A DNA stretch of 35,509 bases, from the sequence record DRR378314_1459, one strand, 5' to 3'. This document shows positions 8,580 to 23,285 of the stretch, in pieces. Within the stretch, counting starts at the first letter, position 1; each line of letters begins with the position of its first letter. The position numbers and the translations under genes were made by a program. Below the pieces are notes generated by a model. The model was not told the origin of the DNA. It saw nothing but the letters and a program-made list of their open reading frames with translations, and ran no database searches.

Positions 8580-8722
8580 AGCCCGACCCGCCTAGTGTTA
8601 AGTTCGTACTCGGCGGATACTAGGTCACGCTTAGTGGCGATTACTAGAGTAGTTGGATGATATCAGTACGACATCATTCTTATTTGTGACTCAACGCATA
8701 GGTAATTCGTGCCCTAACGCAC

Positions 8723-8752
8723 AAAAAAACACCGGGCTAAGCCCGGTGTTTT
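8723..8752 (-). terminator. Intrinsic terminator downstream of sodC (possibly bidirectional)
   Basis: Perfect 12-bp stem AAAACACCGGGC-TAA-GCCCGGTGTTTT with A7 on the left, which reads as a U7 tail on the minus strand. Confidence 0.85.
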
Positions 8753-8785
8753 CGGTTCTGGTAGGAAAAAAGGGTGAAAAGCGTA

Positions 8786-9316
8786 CTAGTCGGCGACCAC
8801 GCCGCAGGCCATACGCGGTCCGCCGCCGCCCAGGGGTTTGGGCTGATCGCTGTAGTTGTCGCCGCCGGCGTGCACCATCACCGCGCGGCCTTTCAGGTCG
8901 TCCATCTCCAGCCGGGGTGCGAGAACCGGCAGCGTGGCGCGGCCCTCATCGTCCACGTACAGCGCCGGCAGGTCGCCCAGGTGGCCGTCGCCCCAGGGGG
9001 TGCCGTGGCGGCCGCTGTTGTCCGGGTCGAAATGGCCGCCGGCGGCCAGGGCCGGCACCGTGTCGCCGTCCTTCTCGCCGGGCTGGCAGGTGGGGTTCTG
9101 ATGAACGTGGAACCCATGGATGCCCTCGTCCAGATCCTTCAGATCCGGCGTGAACACCAGGCCGTATTCGCTCTCGGTGACGGTGACCGTGCCGACACTG
9201 TCACCGGGGCCTTCATCGGTGGCTTCGTGCAGGGTGATGGTGGTGGCCGCCTGGGTGGTGCCGGCAACGGCGCCGGCGAACAGAGCGAGTAACAGGTGTC
9301 GATTGCGCATAGTCAT
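8786..9316 (-). CDS. sodC: Periplasmic Cu/Zn superoxide dismutase
   Basis: Signal peptide; [42 protein letters not shown]. Confidence 0.96.
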   Translation of the reverse strand: MTMRNRHLLLALFAGAVAGTTQAATTITLHEATDEGPGDSVGTVTVTESEYGLVFTPDLKDLDEGIHGFHVHQNPTCQPGEKDGDTVPALAAGGHFDPDNSGRHGTPWGDGHLGDLPALYVDDEGRATLPVLAPRLEMDDLKGRAVMVHAGGDNYSDQPKPLGGGGPRMACGVVAD

Positions 9317-9704
9317 GCCTTCCTTGTGTCGTCGATGGGTTGATCACACTGTCACATCCTAGTCATCCGTGGACACGCATTTAAAGCGAAACCGTCACCC
9401 TGGTTCTGAAAGCGCACAGGTTTTACGGTTTTTCCCTGTTTTTTACGTTCCTGGTCCGGGTCATCTTTAAGTGCCAGCTCCAAGGCCTCAATAGCGCCAC
9501 GAACTTCTTAGTTATTCCCCTCATAAGCGCCTTTCTTATTTCATAAAAGTATCGAACCGTCACTTTCACAAGTTTCCTGGAATGAAGAGACCGGCGGACA
9601 CCGCTGTTTTACCGGGTGCCGCCGCCGTGAGCGTCTTGTGAAGTTTTCACTCCTGGGCCTAGGCTTGAAGCCAGCAAAGGATTGAACACCACCCAGGAGG
9701 CAAC

Positions 9705-11786
9705 ATGGCCAAGAAGGCAGCCAAGAGCGACCGGAAAACCGTTAAAGGAAATGGCGGAGAAAACCACCAGACCGCCGGGGGCGAAGTGCCCACCCTGACC
9801 ACCAAGCAGGGCGTGCCGGTGGCCGACGACCAGAACACCCTCACCGTCGGCGAGCGCGGCCCCGCCGCCCTGGAAGACTTCCACTTTCGCGAGAAACTGT
9901 TCCACTTCGATCATGAGCGCATTCCCGAGCGCGTCGTGCACGCTCGCGGGTTCGCGGCGCACGGCTACTTCGAGAACTACGCGCCGCTGGACAAACTGAC
10001 CCGCGCCGGATTGTTCCAAAAAAAGGGCCAGCGCACGCCGGCGTTCGTGCGTTTTTCCACGGTGGCCGGCAATAAGGGCTCCGGGGATCTGGCGCGCGAC
10101 GTGCGCGGCTTCGCCGTAAAGCTGTACACCGAGGAAGGCAACTGGGACATCGTCGGCAACAACATTCCGGTGTTCTTCATCCAGGACGCGATGAAGTTCC
10201 CGGACCTGATCCACGCCGCCAAGCAGGAACCGGACCGGGGCTTTCCCCAGGCGCAGACCGCCCATGACAATTTCTGGGATTTCATCTCCCTGACGCCGGA
10301 AAGCATGCACATGGTCATGTGGATTATGTCCGACCGCACCATCCCGCGTTCGCTGCGTTTCATGGAAGGGTTCGGCGTGCACAGCTTCCGCATGGTCAAC
10401 GCCAAGGGCGAGTCCACCTTCGTGAAATTCCACTGGAAGCCCAAACAGGGCATGCAGTCGGTGGTCTGGAACGAAGCTCTGAAAATCAACGGCGCCGATC
10501 CGGATTTCCATCGCCGGGACATGTGGGGCGCGATCGAATCCGGCGACTACCCGGAGTGGGAACTGGGCCTGCAGATTTTCGACGAAAAGTTCGCTGAAAA
10601 ATTCGATTTCGACGTGCTCGACCCCACCAAGATCATTCCCGAGGAAGAAGTGCCGGTGACCCCGGTGGGCCGCCTGGTACTGAACCGCAACGTGGACAAC
10701 TTTTTCGCCGAAACCGAGCAGGTGGCCTTCTGTACGCAGAACATCGTGCCGGGCATTGATTTCACCAATGATCCGCTGCTGCAAGGCCGCAACTTTTCCT
10801 ACCTGGATACCCAGCTCAAGCGTCTCGGCGGCCCCAACTTCACCCATATTCCGATCAACGCGCCCAAGTGCCCCTATCACACCCTGCAGCAGGACGGGCA
10901 CATGGCGATGGAGAACCCCAAAGGCCGCGCCAACTACGAGCCCAATTCCTGGGGCGGTGCCGAAGGCGGCCCGCGCGAAAACCCGCAGCGCGGTTTCCAC
11001 AGCTACCCGGCCGAGGAAGCGGGCACCAAGCAGCGCCTGCGCCCGGAAAGCTTTTCCGACCATTACAGCCAGGCCCGTCAGTTCTTTATCAGCCAGACCG
11101 AGGTGGAACAGGACCACATCACCGACGCCCTGGTGTTCGAACTGAGCAAGGTGGACACCGTGGCGATTCGCGCGCGCATGGTGTCGCACCTGCGCAACAT
11201 CGACGAAGACCTGGCCAAGGGCGTGGCCAAGGGTCTGCGGCTGAGTCCGCTGCCGCGCGCCGTCGACGCCGCGCGGCCCACCCGCCAGGACCTGAAGGCG
11301 TCGCCGGCACTGAGCATTCTGCTTAACCAGCCGGAAACCTTCTCCGGCCGCAAGATCGGCGCACTGGTCAGCGACGGCGCCGACGCCGCCCTGCTCACCG
11401 CGCTGGAGAAAGCGGCCAAGAAAGAAGGCGCCAAGGTGGCCTATGTGGCGGCCTCCGTGGGCGGCGTGAAACTCAGCGACGGCAGCTGGCTGGAAGCCGA
11501 CGAAAAAATCGACGGCGGTCCCTCGGTGGTGTTCGACGCGGTGGCGCTGGTGCTCTCGGAAAAGGGCGCCCGCGAACTGGCGGCGATGCCCCCGGCCCGC
11601 GACTTCGTCAGCGACGCGCTGGCGCACAAGAAGTTCATCGGCTTCACCGAGGAAGCGGTGGCACTGCTCGGCCTGTCGGGCCCGGACGACGCCGGCGCGG
11701 AAGGGCTGGTGCCGCTGGACAAGGCCGGCGACGCCGCCCGCTTCCTGACCCTGTGCCGGAACCTGCGTTGCTGGACCCGGGCCTGA
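9705..11786 (+). CDS. katE: Large-subunit monofunctional catalase (HPII type) with C-terminal DJ-1/PfpI-like domain
   Basis: [24 protein letters not shown], proximal [10 protein letters not shown]-terminal [28 protein letters not shown]. Confidence 0.96.
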   Translation: MAKKAAKSDRKTVKGNGGENHQTAGGEVPTLTTKQGVPVADDQNTLTVGERGPAALEDFHFREKLFHFDHERIPERVVHARGFAAHGYFENYAPLDKLTRAGLFQKKGQRTPAFVRFSTVAGNKGSGDLARDVRGFAVKLYTEEGNWDIVGNNIPVFFIQDAMKFPDLIHAAKQEPDRGFPQAQTAHDNFWDFISLTPESMHMVMWIMSDRTIPRSLRFMEGFGVHSFRMVNAKGESTFVKFHWKPKQGMQSVVWNEALKINGADPDFHRRDMWGAIESGDYPEWELGLQIFDEKFAEKFDFDVLDPTKIIPEEEVPVTPVGRLVLNRNVDNFFAETEQVAFCTQNIVPGIDFTNDPLLQGRNFSYLDTQLKRLGGPNFTHIPINAPKCPYHTLQQDGHMAMENPKGRANYEPNSWGGAEGGPRENPQRGFHSYPAEEAGTKQRLRPESFSDHYSQARQFFISQTEVEQDHITDALVFELSKVDTVAIRARMVSHLRNIDEDLAKGVAKGLRLSPLPRAVDAARPTRQDLKASPALSILLNQPETFSGRKIGALVSDGADAALLTALEKAAKKEGAKVAYVAASVGGVKLSDGSWLEADEKIDGGPSVVFDAVALVLSEKGARELAAMPPARDFVSDALAHKKFIGFTEEAVALLGLSGPDDAGAEGLVPLDKAGDAARFLTLCRNLRCWTRA

Positions 11787-11789
11787 CCC

Positions 11790-12442
11790 GTGCCGCGTAT
11801 TTTCAGGCCCAGGGCCAATGCCCTGGCCTGGATGGCGCTGATTCTGGCGTTCGCGCTGGTGGTGGTGATGGTGGCGCTGGGCGCCTATTACTTCCAGTCG
11901 CCCTACTACAGCGGCGTTGACCGAACGCCGGCTCAGCCGGTGCCGTTCAGCCACAAGCATCATGTCGGCGAGCTGGGTCTGGATTGCCGTTACTGCCATA
12001 CCTCCGTGCAGCAATCCTCGTTCGCGGGGGTACCGGAGAGCGAAATCTGCATGACCTGCCATTCGCAGCTCTGGACCAACGCCGACATGCTCGCGCCGGT
12101 TCGCGACAGCCTGCGTGACGACAAGCCCCTGCGCTGGCGGCGGGTCCATGACCTGCCCGACTACGTGCGCTTCGATCACAGCGCCCACGTCAATAACGGG
12201 GTGCCCTGCGAAGCCTGCCACGGCCGGGTCGACCGAATGCCGCTGACCACGCAGAAAAAAACCCTGTTCATGCAGTTCTGCCTCGACTGCCACCGCAATC
12301 CCGCGCCCCGCCTGCGGCCGCCCGACGCGGTCTTCGAGATGGGCTGGGAAGCCCGGCGAGGCGTCGACCGCCAGCAACTGGGTGAGCGTCTGATGGCGCG
12401 TTACCACACGCCCTCCACCGAGCGTTTGACGGACTGCAGCCT

Positions 12443-12455
<13 letters not shown>
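11790..12455 (+). CDS. actA: Alternative complex III subunit A, membrane-anchored pentaheme cytochrome c
   Basis: N-terminal TM; QPVPFSHKHH; five CxxCH (CRYCH, CMTCH, CEACH, CLDCH, CSLCH). Confidence 0.92.
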
Positions 12456-15432
<2,977 letters not shown>

Positions 15433-15436
<4 letters not shown>

Positions 15437-16794
15437 ACCGGCGCCGCGACGAGCTGGCCCCGCCCGGTCTCAGCGCCGGCGCGCTCACCGACCGGGTGAG
15501 CGCCACGGTGCTCGGCACCCGGCCGCCCAGGGCCTGGTGGCTGGCGCTGGGCCTGGCGACGCTGTTGTCCCTGCTGTTCCTGGTCGGCGTGGTCTACGTG
15601 CTCAGCGTGGGGGTCGGCGCCTTCGGCCTGAACATTCCTGTGGCCTGGGGTTTTCCCATCATCAATACCATCTGGTGGATCGGCATCGCCCACGCCGGCA
15701 CGCTGATCTCGGCGGTATTGTGGCTGACCCGCCAGGACTGGCGCGCCTCCATCAGCCGCTCGGCGGAGGCCATGGCGATGTTCGCCATCGTGCTGGCCGG
15801 CAGTTACCCGCTGCTGCACCTGGGGCGTCCCCAGTTCGCCTATTTTCTGCTGCCCTACCCCAACCTGATGGATCTCTGGCCGCAGTGGCGCAGCCCGCTG
15901 GTGTGGGACTTCTTCGCCATCGCCAGCTATCTGCTGTTCACCGCCAGCTTTCTGTTCCTGAGCCTGCTGCCGGACCTGGCCAGCCTGCGCGACCGCGCCC
16001 GTCACCGCGCCGTGCAGCTGTTCTACGGCGTGCTGGCGCTGGGCTGGCGCAACTCGGCACGGCACTGGCACCGCTACCAGCAGGCGCACCGGGTGCTGGC
16101 GGTGATCGCGGTGCCCATCGTGGTGTCGGTCACCGGCACCATTTCACTGGACCTGGCGGTCAGCATCGTGCCCGGGTTTCATTTCACCATCTTTCCGCCC
16201 TACTTCGTCGCCGGCGCGCTCTATTCCGGCTTCGCCACGGTGGCGATCATCGCCATCGTGCTGCGCGCCCTGTTCGGCTTCCGCGATCTGATCACCCGGG
16301 CGCATCTGAACCGGCTCGGCATCATGATGCTGTGCTTCGTGCTGGTGGTGGACTACGCCTACCTGCAGGAAGTGTTCACCGCCTTCTACACCGGCGAGGA
16401 CTTTTACCGCAGCGTCTATTACGACCGCTGGAGCGGGCCCTACGCGCCCTTCTACTGGGGCATGATCCTGTGCAACGTGGTGCTGGCCCAGGGCCTGTGG
16501 TTCCGGCGCCTGCGCGAGAGCGTGCCGGGGCTGCTGTGCCTGGCGGTGATCGCCGAGATCGGCATGTGGCTGGAACGCTTTCAGATCGTCATCACCAGCA
16601 CCCACAAGGACTACATGCCCAGCGCCTGGGATACGGTAACGCCCAGCGCCTGGGACTGGCTCACCTACGCCGGCTCGATCGGCGTGTTCGTGGTGCTGCT
16701 GTTGCTGTTCATCAAGCTGATGCCGGCGATCTCCATGCACGACATGCGGGAGATGCTGCACCGCCGCAAACAGCGGGAGGCCGACCATGGATGA
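15433..16794 (+). CDS. actC: Alternative complex III subunit C (NrfD/PsrC-family quinol-binding membrane subunit)
   Basis: WIGIAHAGTLISA, LLHLGRP, WPQWRSPLVWDFFAI, GMWLERF; about 10 TMs. Confidence 0.92.
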
Positions 16795-17317
16795 GCGCCT
16801 GCACGGGCTGCTGGCCCGCTTCCCCGACGCCGACCGCCTGCTCGCCGCCAGCCGTGATTTGCGCCGGCGCGGGCTGACCCGCCTGGACGCCTACAGCCCG
16901 CACCCGGTGGAAGGCCTCGACCAGGCGCTGGGCCTGAGCGAGCGGCGCGTGCCGGTCATCGCCCTGGTGTGCGCGGTGGTGGCCGGCGCCGGCGCCCTGG
17001 CGCTGCAGGTGTACGCCTCGCTGGATTATCCCTTCAACGTGGGCGGCAGGCCGGTGCTCAGCTGGCCCGCCTACAGCATCGTCACCTTCGCCATGACCAT
17101 GGTCGGCGCCACCCTGGGCGCCATGCTGTCGATGCTGTGGCTGAACGGCTTCCCCCGCCCCTACCACCCGCTGTTCAACGTGGCGGAGTTCGACGCGGCA
17201 TCGCGGGACGGCTATTTCCTGTGCCTGGAAGCGTCGGACCCGCTGTTCGACGCGGAGCGGCTGCGCGAGCACCTGCTGCAAAACGGTGCGGTGTCGATCC
17301 GGGAGGTGCCGGCATGA
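16787..17317 (+). CDS. actD: Alternative complex III subunit D (DUF3341)
   Basis: LDAYSPHPVEGL, DYPFNVGGRP..SWPAY, PRPYHPLFN..SRDGYFLC; 2 TMs; position in cluster. Confidence 0.9.
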   Translation: MDERLHGLLARFPDADRLLAASRDLRRRGLTRLDAYSPHPVEGLDQALGLSERRVPVIALVCAVVAGAGALALQVYASLDYPFNVGGRPVLSWPAYSIVTFAMTMVGATLGAMLSMLWLNGFPRPYHPLFNVAEFDAASRDGYFLCLEASDPLFDAERLREHLLQNGAVSIREVPA

Positions 17318-17853
17318 AGTACTGGTCCTGGTGGTTGCTGGTGCCGGCGCTGCTGTGCGGCTGCGAGCAGCCCGACATGGCCGACCAGCCGCGCCTGGAA
17401 ACCTATGAAACCGGCGCCGCCTTCAACGACGGCCTGGCCGCCCGGCCGGTGCCCGAAGGCACGGTGGCGCGGGACCAGCGGCCGGCGGCCACGGAGAACC
17501 CGCTGCCGATCAACGCTGAAACACTGGCCCACGGGCGGGAACAGTTCGATGTGTTCTGCGCGCCCTGCCACGGCCGCAACGGGCGCGGCCAGGGGGTGAT
17601 CGTGCAGCGCGGCTTCCCGGCGCCGCCCAGCCTGCACCGGCCACGCCTGCGCCGAGCCGCGGACCGGCATTTCTACCAGGTGATCCGCGACGGCCACGGC
17701 GCCATGTACGCCTACGCCAGCCGCGTGCCCGAGGACCAGCGCTGGGCGATCATCGCCTACATTCGCAGCCTGCAGTTGAGCCGCAACGCGCGCCTGGAGG
17801 ACGTGCCCCGGGACCACCGGCCGCTGCCCGACACCGGGGAGGCCCCGCCATGA
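17314..17853 (+). CDS. actE: Alternative complex III subunit E, monoheme cytochrome c lipoprotein
   Basis: Start reassigned to ATG 17314 (ATGA overlap); lipobox LLCGC, DMADQP, CAPCHG, distal Met in GAMYAYA, RWAIIAYIRSLQ. Confidence 0.9.
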   Translation: MKYWSWWLLVPALLCGCEQPDMADQPRLETYETGAAFNDGLAARPVPEGTVARDQRPAATENPLPINAETLAHGREQFDVFCAPCHGRNGRGQGVIVQRGFPAPPSLHRPRLRRAADRHFYQVIRDGHGAMYAYASRVPEDQRWAIIAYIRSLQLSRNARLEDVPRDHRPLPDTGEAPP

Positions 17854-18908
17854 CCCGGGCACTGGTGTTCGTCGCCGTCGCCGGGCTGTTGCTCACCGGC
17901 CTGGGGGCGCTGCTGGACAGCGCCGCCTTCCTGCGCGCCTGGCTGGTGGCCGCCCTCACCGGCATCGCCCTGCCGCTGGGCGCCATGGCGGTACTGATGA
18001 CCCACAATCTCACCGGCGGCCAGTGGGGCGAGCCGGTGCGCGCGCCGCTGAAGGCGGTGGTGGCGACCCTGCCGCTGATGCTGGTGGCGTTCGTGCCCCT
18101 GCTGCTGGGCGCGCGGGTACTGCTCCCCTGGACCGGCGACCTGAGCGGCCTGCCCGAGGTGGTGTGGCACAAGACGTTCTATCTGAACCTGCCGTTTTTC
18201 CATGCCCGCTTCGCCCTGTACGCGGTGATCTGGCTGATCCTGGCCGCGCGGCTCTCGGTGTGGCGCGGCGACCGCCGCTCCACGCCGGTCAGCGCCGGCG
18301 GGCTGGTGCTGTGGGCGCTCACCACCACCTTTTTCGCGTTCGACTGGATCATGGGCCTGGAGCCGGCCTGGTACTCGGACATTATGGGCCTGATTTTCAT
18401 GGGCTCGGCGCTGTCCATGGCGCTGGCGCTGCCGTTCCTGCTGCCGGGCGTCTACCCGGACGCGGATCGGCGGCCGGCGCTGGAAGGCGCGCGGCGGGAT
18501 CTGGCGCATCTGTGGCTGGCGGCGATCCTGTTCTGGGTGTTCGTGGCCTTCAGCCAGTACCTGATCATCTGGAGCGGCGATCTGCCCCACGAAATCCGCT
18601 GGTACACCCACCGTGGCCAGGGCGGCTGGCAGTGGCTGGCGCTGGCGATGATGACACTGTGCGGGGCGCTGCCATTCGCCGCCCTGCTGCCCGCCGGCTG
18701 GAAGCGGCGCGCCCGGCCGCTGGCGGTCCTGGCGGCGCTGGTGCTGCTGGGGCATGCGCTGGAATTCGCCTGGCTGGTGCTGCCCGCGTACTACCCGCAC
18801 CACTGGCCGCTCGGCTGGCGCTCACCGGTGGCGTTGCTCACCCTCGCCGCCCCGGGCCTGCTGCTGATCCAGCGTTACCGTTCGCGGCGCGCGGAGGGCA
18901 CCCCATGA
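17850..18908 (+). CDS. actF: Alternative complex III subunit F (membrane subunit)
   Basis: About 10 TMs; HNLTGGQW, YLNLPFF..RF, FDWIMGLEPAWYS, FSQYLIIWSGDLPHEIRWY. Confidence 0.88.
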   Translation: MTRALVFVAVAGLLLTGLGALLDSAAFLRAWLVAALTGIALPLGAMAVLMTHNLTGGQWGEPVRAPLKAVVATLPLMLVAFVPLLLGARVLLPWTGDLSGLPEVVWHKTFYLNLPFFHARFALYAVIWLILAARLSVWRGDRRSTPVSAGGLVLWALTTTFFAFDWIMGLEPAWYSDIMGLIFMGSALSMALALPFLLPGVYPDADRRPALEGARRDLAHLWLAAILFWVFVAFSQYLIIWSGDLPHEIRWYTHRGQGGWQWLALAMMTLCGALPFAALLPAGWKRRARPLAVLAALVLLGHALEFAWLVLPAYYPHHWPLGWRSPVALLTLAAPGLLLIQRYRSRRAEGTP

Positions 18909-19273
18909 CCGCACCACGGCGCGACCCCGGTTACGAACAGCGCGACGTGTCACCGCGCCTGCCGCTGGTGGCGGCGGTTCTGGTGTTGTGTCTGCTGGCG
19001 GTGGTGCTGGGCCTGATCGGCTGGGCGTTCGCGCTGCGCGGCGACGCCGGGCCGCGCGCCACCGGCTTCTTCGAACTGCCGCTGGACCAACCGCGCACAC
19101 CACACCTGCAGGCCGAGCCCGGCCCCGACCTGCGGCGCATGCGCGAAATCAGCGAACGGGGGCTGCACCGATACGGCTGGGTGGACCAGGAGGCCGGGGT
19201 GGTGCACATCCCGATTGAGCGGGCCATGGCTCTCTACGCGCGCCGCCACGGCGACGGGGAGGCGCGCCCATGA
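18905..19273 (+). CDS. actG: ActG-like single-TM subunit
   Basis: Start reassigned to ATG 18905; YEQRDV, one TM, PHLQ, YGWVDQEAGVVHIPIERAM; lies between actF and SCO. Confidence 0.7.
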   Translation: MTAPRRDPGYEQRDVSPRLPLVAAVLVLCLLAVVLGLIGWAFALRGDAGPRATGFFELPLDQPRTPHLQAEPGPDLRRMREISERGLHRYGWVDQEAGVVHIPIERAMALYARRHGDGEARP

Positions 19274-20076
19274 GCCGCCTGATACTGGCCGCCGGCGTGC
19301 TCGGCCTGCCGCTGCTGGTCGCCGCCCAGCCGCCGACGCCGTCGCAAACCCTGGACCGGGTCGGCGTGGACCAGCGCATCGGCGAGCGGGTGCCCCTGGA
19401 TCTGCGCTTCACGGATCGCCACGGCGACAGCGTGACCCTGGGCAATCTGATCAACGGCAAACCCGCCCTGCTGCAGCTGGCCTGGTACGACTGCCCGAAC
19501 CTCTGCGATCTGTCCCTGCGGCGCCTGGGCAGCCGGCTCTCGGAGGTGAAGTTCCAGCCCGGCGAGGACTTCCGGGTGATCACCGTGAGCATCGACCCGA
19601 GGGAAGGCGCCGACGCCGCCGACCGCGCGCTGGCCACTTTGCGCGACAGCCATCAGGGCGACAGCGACGCCGGCGACTGGCGGGTGCTGACCGGCGACGC
19701 CCGGGCCATCGACACCCTGGCGCGGCGGATCGGCTACCGCTACCAGTACGACGCGGACAGCGAGCAGTTCGCCCACCCGGCCGCCCTGGCGGTGCTCGAC
19801 GGCGACGGGCGCCTCTCTTCGTATCTGCTGGACCTGACGTTTTCCGGGCGGGACGTGGAACTGGCGCTGACCCGCGCCGGCGAAGGCCGGCTGGGCTCGA
19901 TCACCGACCGGATCGCGCTGCGCTGTTTTCACTTCGATCCGGAGAAAGGCACCTACACCCTGGACATCCTGCGGCTGCTGAATCTGGCCTGCCTGATCAC
20001 CGCCCTGGTGCTGGCGCTGGTGGTGGGCCGGCTGCTCCGGCGCCGCCGCGGGAATGACCGGCAAGGGAGGCATTGA
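19270..20076 (+). CDS. SCO family copper chaperone
   Basis: Signal peptide, CPNLC (CxxxC), VSIDP, FAHP His ligand, C-terminal TM. Confidence 0.9.
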   Translation: MSRLILAAGVLGLPLLVAAQPPTPSQTLDRVGVDQRIGERVPLDLRFTDRHGDSVTLGNLINGKPALLQLAWYDCPNLCDLSLRRLGSRLSEVKFQPGEDFRVITVSIDPREGADAADRALATLRDSHQGDSDAGDWRVLTGDARAIDTLARRIGYRYQYDADSEQFAHPAALAVLDGDGRLSSYLLDLTFSGRDVELALTRAGEGRLGSITDRIALRCFHFDPEKGTYTLDILRLLNLACLITALVLALVVGRLLRRRRGNDRQGRH

Positions 20077-20079
20077 GCC

Positions 20080-21060
20080 ATGGCCGACGCCGACGATAGA
20101 TGGCAGCTGCTGCTGTTCCCGGAATCCGCGTCCAGCGTGTCCGGCCAGGTGGACACCCTGTTCTGGGCCATGGTGGTGGCCTGCGGGCTGGTGGTGGCGC
20201 TGGTGTTTACGGTGCTGCTGGTGTTCGGCATCCGTTATCGGCGCGGCTCGCCGGCCAGCCGCCGCGGGTCGCCGCTGCTGTACCACAACCGCTGGCTGGA
20301 AATCGGCTGGTCGATTCCGGTGCTGGCCGCGTTCCTGTTTTTCTTTGCCTGGGGCGCGCTGCTCTACGTGGAGATTCTCGATCCGCCCACGCCGGAGGAC
20401 GGCGAAGCGCGCCGGGTGAACGTGATCGGCAAACAGTGGATGTGGAAGTTCCAGCACCCGGAGGGCATCCGCGAGATCAACACTCTGCACGTGGCCGTGG
20501 GCCAGACCGTGCGGCTGCGCATGACTTCCCAGGACGTGATCCACAGCTTTTTCGTGCCGGCCTTCCGCATCAAGCAGGACGTGCTGCCGCAAACCTATAC
20601 CCGCTTGCAGTTCACCCCCACCAAGGTCGGGCGCTTCGACCTCTATTGCGCGGAATATTGCGGCCTGTCCCATTCCGGCATGGTCGGCGAAGTGGTGGTG
20701 ATGCCGCCCTCGGAATTCCAGGACTGGCTGGCGCGGCGCGACCGGCCGGGCACGCCGCAACAGGACGGCGAGCGGCTGTTCCGCCAGTACGGCTGCAGCG
20801 GCTGCCACGGCGAGGCGTCCTCGGTGCGGGCGCCGGATCTGGGCGGCCTGTACGGCAAGCCGGTGCCGCTGGAAAGCGGCGGCACGGTCACCGCCGACGC
20901 CCAGTACCTGCGCGATTCGATCGTCTTTCCCAGCAAGCATGTGGTGGCCGGATACGCGCCGATCATGCCGTCCTTCAAGGATCAGATCAGCGAGGAAGAT
21001 CTGCTCAAGCTGACCGCTTATATCCAATCCCTGACGCCCGAGGAGCCCGACGCGCCATGA
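20080..21060 (+). CDS. coxB: Cytochrome c oxidase subunit II with fused cytochrome c domain (caa3 type)
   Basis: CuA ligands DVIHSF and [13 protein letters not shown]-terminal CSGCH..MPSF heme c domain. Confidence 0.95.
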   Translation: MADADDRWQLLLFPESASSVSGQVDTLFWAMVVACGLVVALVFTVLLVFGIRYRRGSPASRRGSPLLYHNRWLEIGWSIPVLAAFLFFFAWGALLYVEILDPPTPEDGEARRVNVIGKQWMWKFQHPEGIREINTLHVAVGQTVRLRMTSQDVIHSFFVPAFRIKQDVLPQTYTRLQFTPTKVGRFDLYCAEYCGLSHSGMVGEVVVMPPSEFQDWLARRDRPGTPQQDGERLFRQYGCSGCHGEASSVRAPDLGGLYGKPVPLESGGTVTADAQYLRDSIVFPSKHVVAGYAPIMPSFKDQISEEDLLKLTAYIQSLTPEEPDAP

Positions 21061-22634
21061 ACTATCTGAACGCCGGTTACGGACTGAAAAGCTGGCTGCT
21101 GACGCTGGATCACAAGCGCGTCGCCTGGCTCTATTTCATCAGCATCACCGGGTTTTTCTTTCTCGGCGGGGCCGCCGCCACCCTGGTGCGCCTGGAGCTG
21201 ATCACCCCGGCCGGGGACCTGCTCTCCAGCGACGCCTACAACCAGATGTTTTCCCTGCACGGCATCGTCATGGTGTGGTTTTTTCTGATTCCCTCGATTC
21301 CCGCCACCATGGGCAACTTCCTGCTGCCGTTGATGCTGGGCGCCCGCGACATGGCGTTCCCGCGGCTCAACCTGATGAGCTGGTATGTGTTTATTCTCGG
21401 CGGCGCCTTCACGCTCACCGCGGTGATCGCCGGCGGCATCGACACCGGCTGGACCTTCTACACCCCCTACAGCACCATGTTTTCCAACGGCGCGGTGCTG
21501 GCCGCCGCCACCGGCGTGTTCATCGTCGGCTTCTCGTCGATCCTCACCGGCATCAACTTCATCGTCACCACCCATAAGATGCGCGCGCCGGGGCTCACCT
21601 GGTTCCGCCTGCCGCTGTTCGTGTGGGCGCAGTACGCCACCAGCCTGATCATGGTGCTGGCGACGCCGGTGCTGTCGATCACCCTGGTGTTGTTGGGCGT
21701 GGAACGGGCCTTCGGCATCGGCATCTTTGATCCGGCGCTTGGGGGTGACCCGATCCTGTTCGAGCATTTATTCTGGTTCTACTCCCATCCGGCGGTCTAC
21801 ATCATGCTGCTACCGGCCATGGGCGTGGTCAGCGAGGTCATCGCCTGCTTCGCCCATAAACGGATTTTCGGTTACAAGGTGATGGCGTTTTCCATCCTCG
21901 CCATCGCGTTGTTCGGCTTTCTGGTATGGGGGCACCATATGTTCGTCTCCGGCCAGTCGATCTACGCCGGGGTGGCGTTCTCCCTGCTCAGCTTTCTGGT
22001 GTCGGTGCCCTCGGCGCTGAAGATCTTCAACTGGCTGGCCACGCTCTATAAGGGCCATATCCGTTTCGACGCGCCGATGCTGTTCGCGCTCAGTTTTATC
22101 GGCCTGTTTCTGATCGGCGGGCTCACCGGGGTGTTCGTGGCCACGCTGGCCCTGGACATCCAGATGCACGACACCTACTTCGTGGTGGCGCATTTCCACT
22201 ACATCATGGTCGGCGGCATGGTCTCCGCCTACATGGCGGGGCTGCATTTCTGGTGGCCGAAGATCACCGGGCGCCTGTACCCGGAGATGTGGGCGCGGGT
22301 GTCGGCGATCATCGTGTTCGCCGGCTTCAACCTGACGTTCTTCCCGCAGTTCATTCTCGGCTGGGCCGGCATGCCGCGCCGCTACCACGCCTACGCCGAG
22401 GAATTTCAGTTGTTGAATGTGTTTTCGTCCGCCGGCGCCGGCATGCTGGCGGTGGGCTATCTGTTGCCGCTGCTGTATCTGATCTGGTCGTTGCGCTACG
22501 GCGCCCGCGCCGGCGGCAACCCCTGGGACGCCCGGGGTCTGGAATGGACGGTGGCTTCACCGCCGCCGAAAGAGAATTTCGCCACCGTTCCCCGGGTCGA
22601 CAGCGAGGCGTACGCCTATGACACGCCCCAATAA
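21057..22634 (+). CDS. coxA: Cytochrome c oxidase subunit I, heme-copper oxidase type A2
   Basis: Start reassigned to ATG 21057; [24 protein letters not shown] (A2 YS motif), WGHHM, VAHFHY, GMPRRY. Confidence 0.96.
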   Translation: MNYLNAGYGLKSWLLTLDHKRVAWLYFISITGFFFLGGAAATLVRLELITPAGDLLSSDAYNQMFSLHGIVMVWFFLIPSIPATMGNFLLPLMLGARDMAFPRLNLMSWYVFILGGAFTLTAVIAGGIDTGWTFYTPYSTMFSNGAVLAAATGVFIVGFSSILTGINFIVTTHKMRAPGLTWFRLPLFVWAQYATSLIMVLATPVLSITLVLLGVERAFGIGIFDPALGGDPILFEHLFWFYSHPAVYIMLLPAMGVVSEVIACFAHKRIFGYKVMAFSILAIALFGFLVWGHHMFVSGQSIYAGVAFSLLSFLVSVPSALKIFNWLATLYKGHIRFDAPMLFALSFIGLFLIGGLTGVFVATLALDIQMHDTYFVVAHFHYIMVGGMVSAYMAGLHFWWPKITGRLYPEMWARVSAIIVFAGFNLTFFPQFILGWAGMPRRYHAYAEEFQLLNVFSSAGAGMLAVGYLLPLLYLIWSLRYGARAGGNPWDARGLEWTVASPPPKENFATVPRVDSEAYAYDTPQ

Positions 22635-23277
22635 CCAAACCACGGTGATCGTTGCCCACCAGTTCGAAACGCTGGAGCAGCAATTCGACGCCGACCTGCT
22701 GGGCATGTGGCTGTTCCTGGTCACCGAGGCGCTGCTGTTCTCCGGTGCCTTCCTGGCACTGGCCGTGTACTACCACCAGTATTACGACACCTTCTCGGCG
22801 GCGGCCCGCGAGCTGCACTGGCTGCTGGCCGGTTTCAACAGCGTGATCCTGCTGGCCAGCGGCCTGGCGGTGGCGCTTGCCGAGCAGGCCGCGGACCAAC
22901 ACCGGCGCCGGCTCACCCTGTGGTGGCTGAGCGCCACCATCGCCCTGGGCGTGGCCTTCCTGGGCCTGAAGGGCTACGAGTACTACATGGAATACCGCGC
23001 CGGCCTGGTCCCCTTTCTGGATCAGCCGTTCGCGTTTTCCGGGCCGGACCCGCACAACGCCATGTTGTTCTATAACTTCTATTTCGCGATCACCGGCCTG
23101 CACGCGCTGCATATGATCATCGGCCTGATGGTACTGCTGGTCATGCTGGTGCTGACGTACCGTTGGCGCGAGGGCGCGCGGGTCGCGCGCCAGGTGCGCA
23201 TCGCCGGCCTGTACTGGGCGTTCGTGGATATCGTCTGGGTGCTGGTGTACTGCAGCCTTTATTTGCTTGGCCGTTAG
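22618..23277 (+). CDS. coxC: Cytochrome c oxidase subunit III
   Basis: [36 protein letters not shown]. Confidence 0.93.
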   Translation: MTRPNNQTTVIVAHQFETLEQQFDADLLGMWLFLVTEALLFSGAFLALAVYYHQYYDTFSAAARELHWLLAGFNSVILLASGLAVALAEQAADQHRRRLTLWWLSATIALGVAFLGLKGYEYYMEYRAGLVPFLDQPFAFSGPDPHNAMLFYNFYFAITGLHALHMIIGLMVLLVMLVLTYRWREGARVARQVRIAGLYWAFVDIVWVLVYCSLYLLGR

Positions 23278-23285
23278 GGGGCGCC

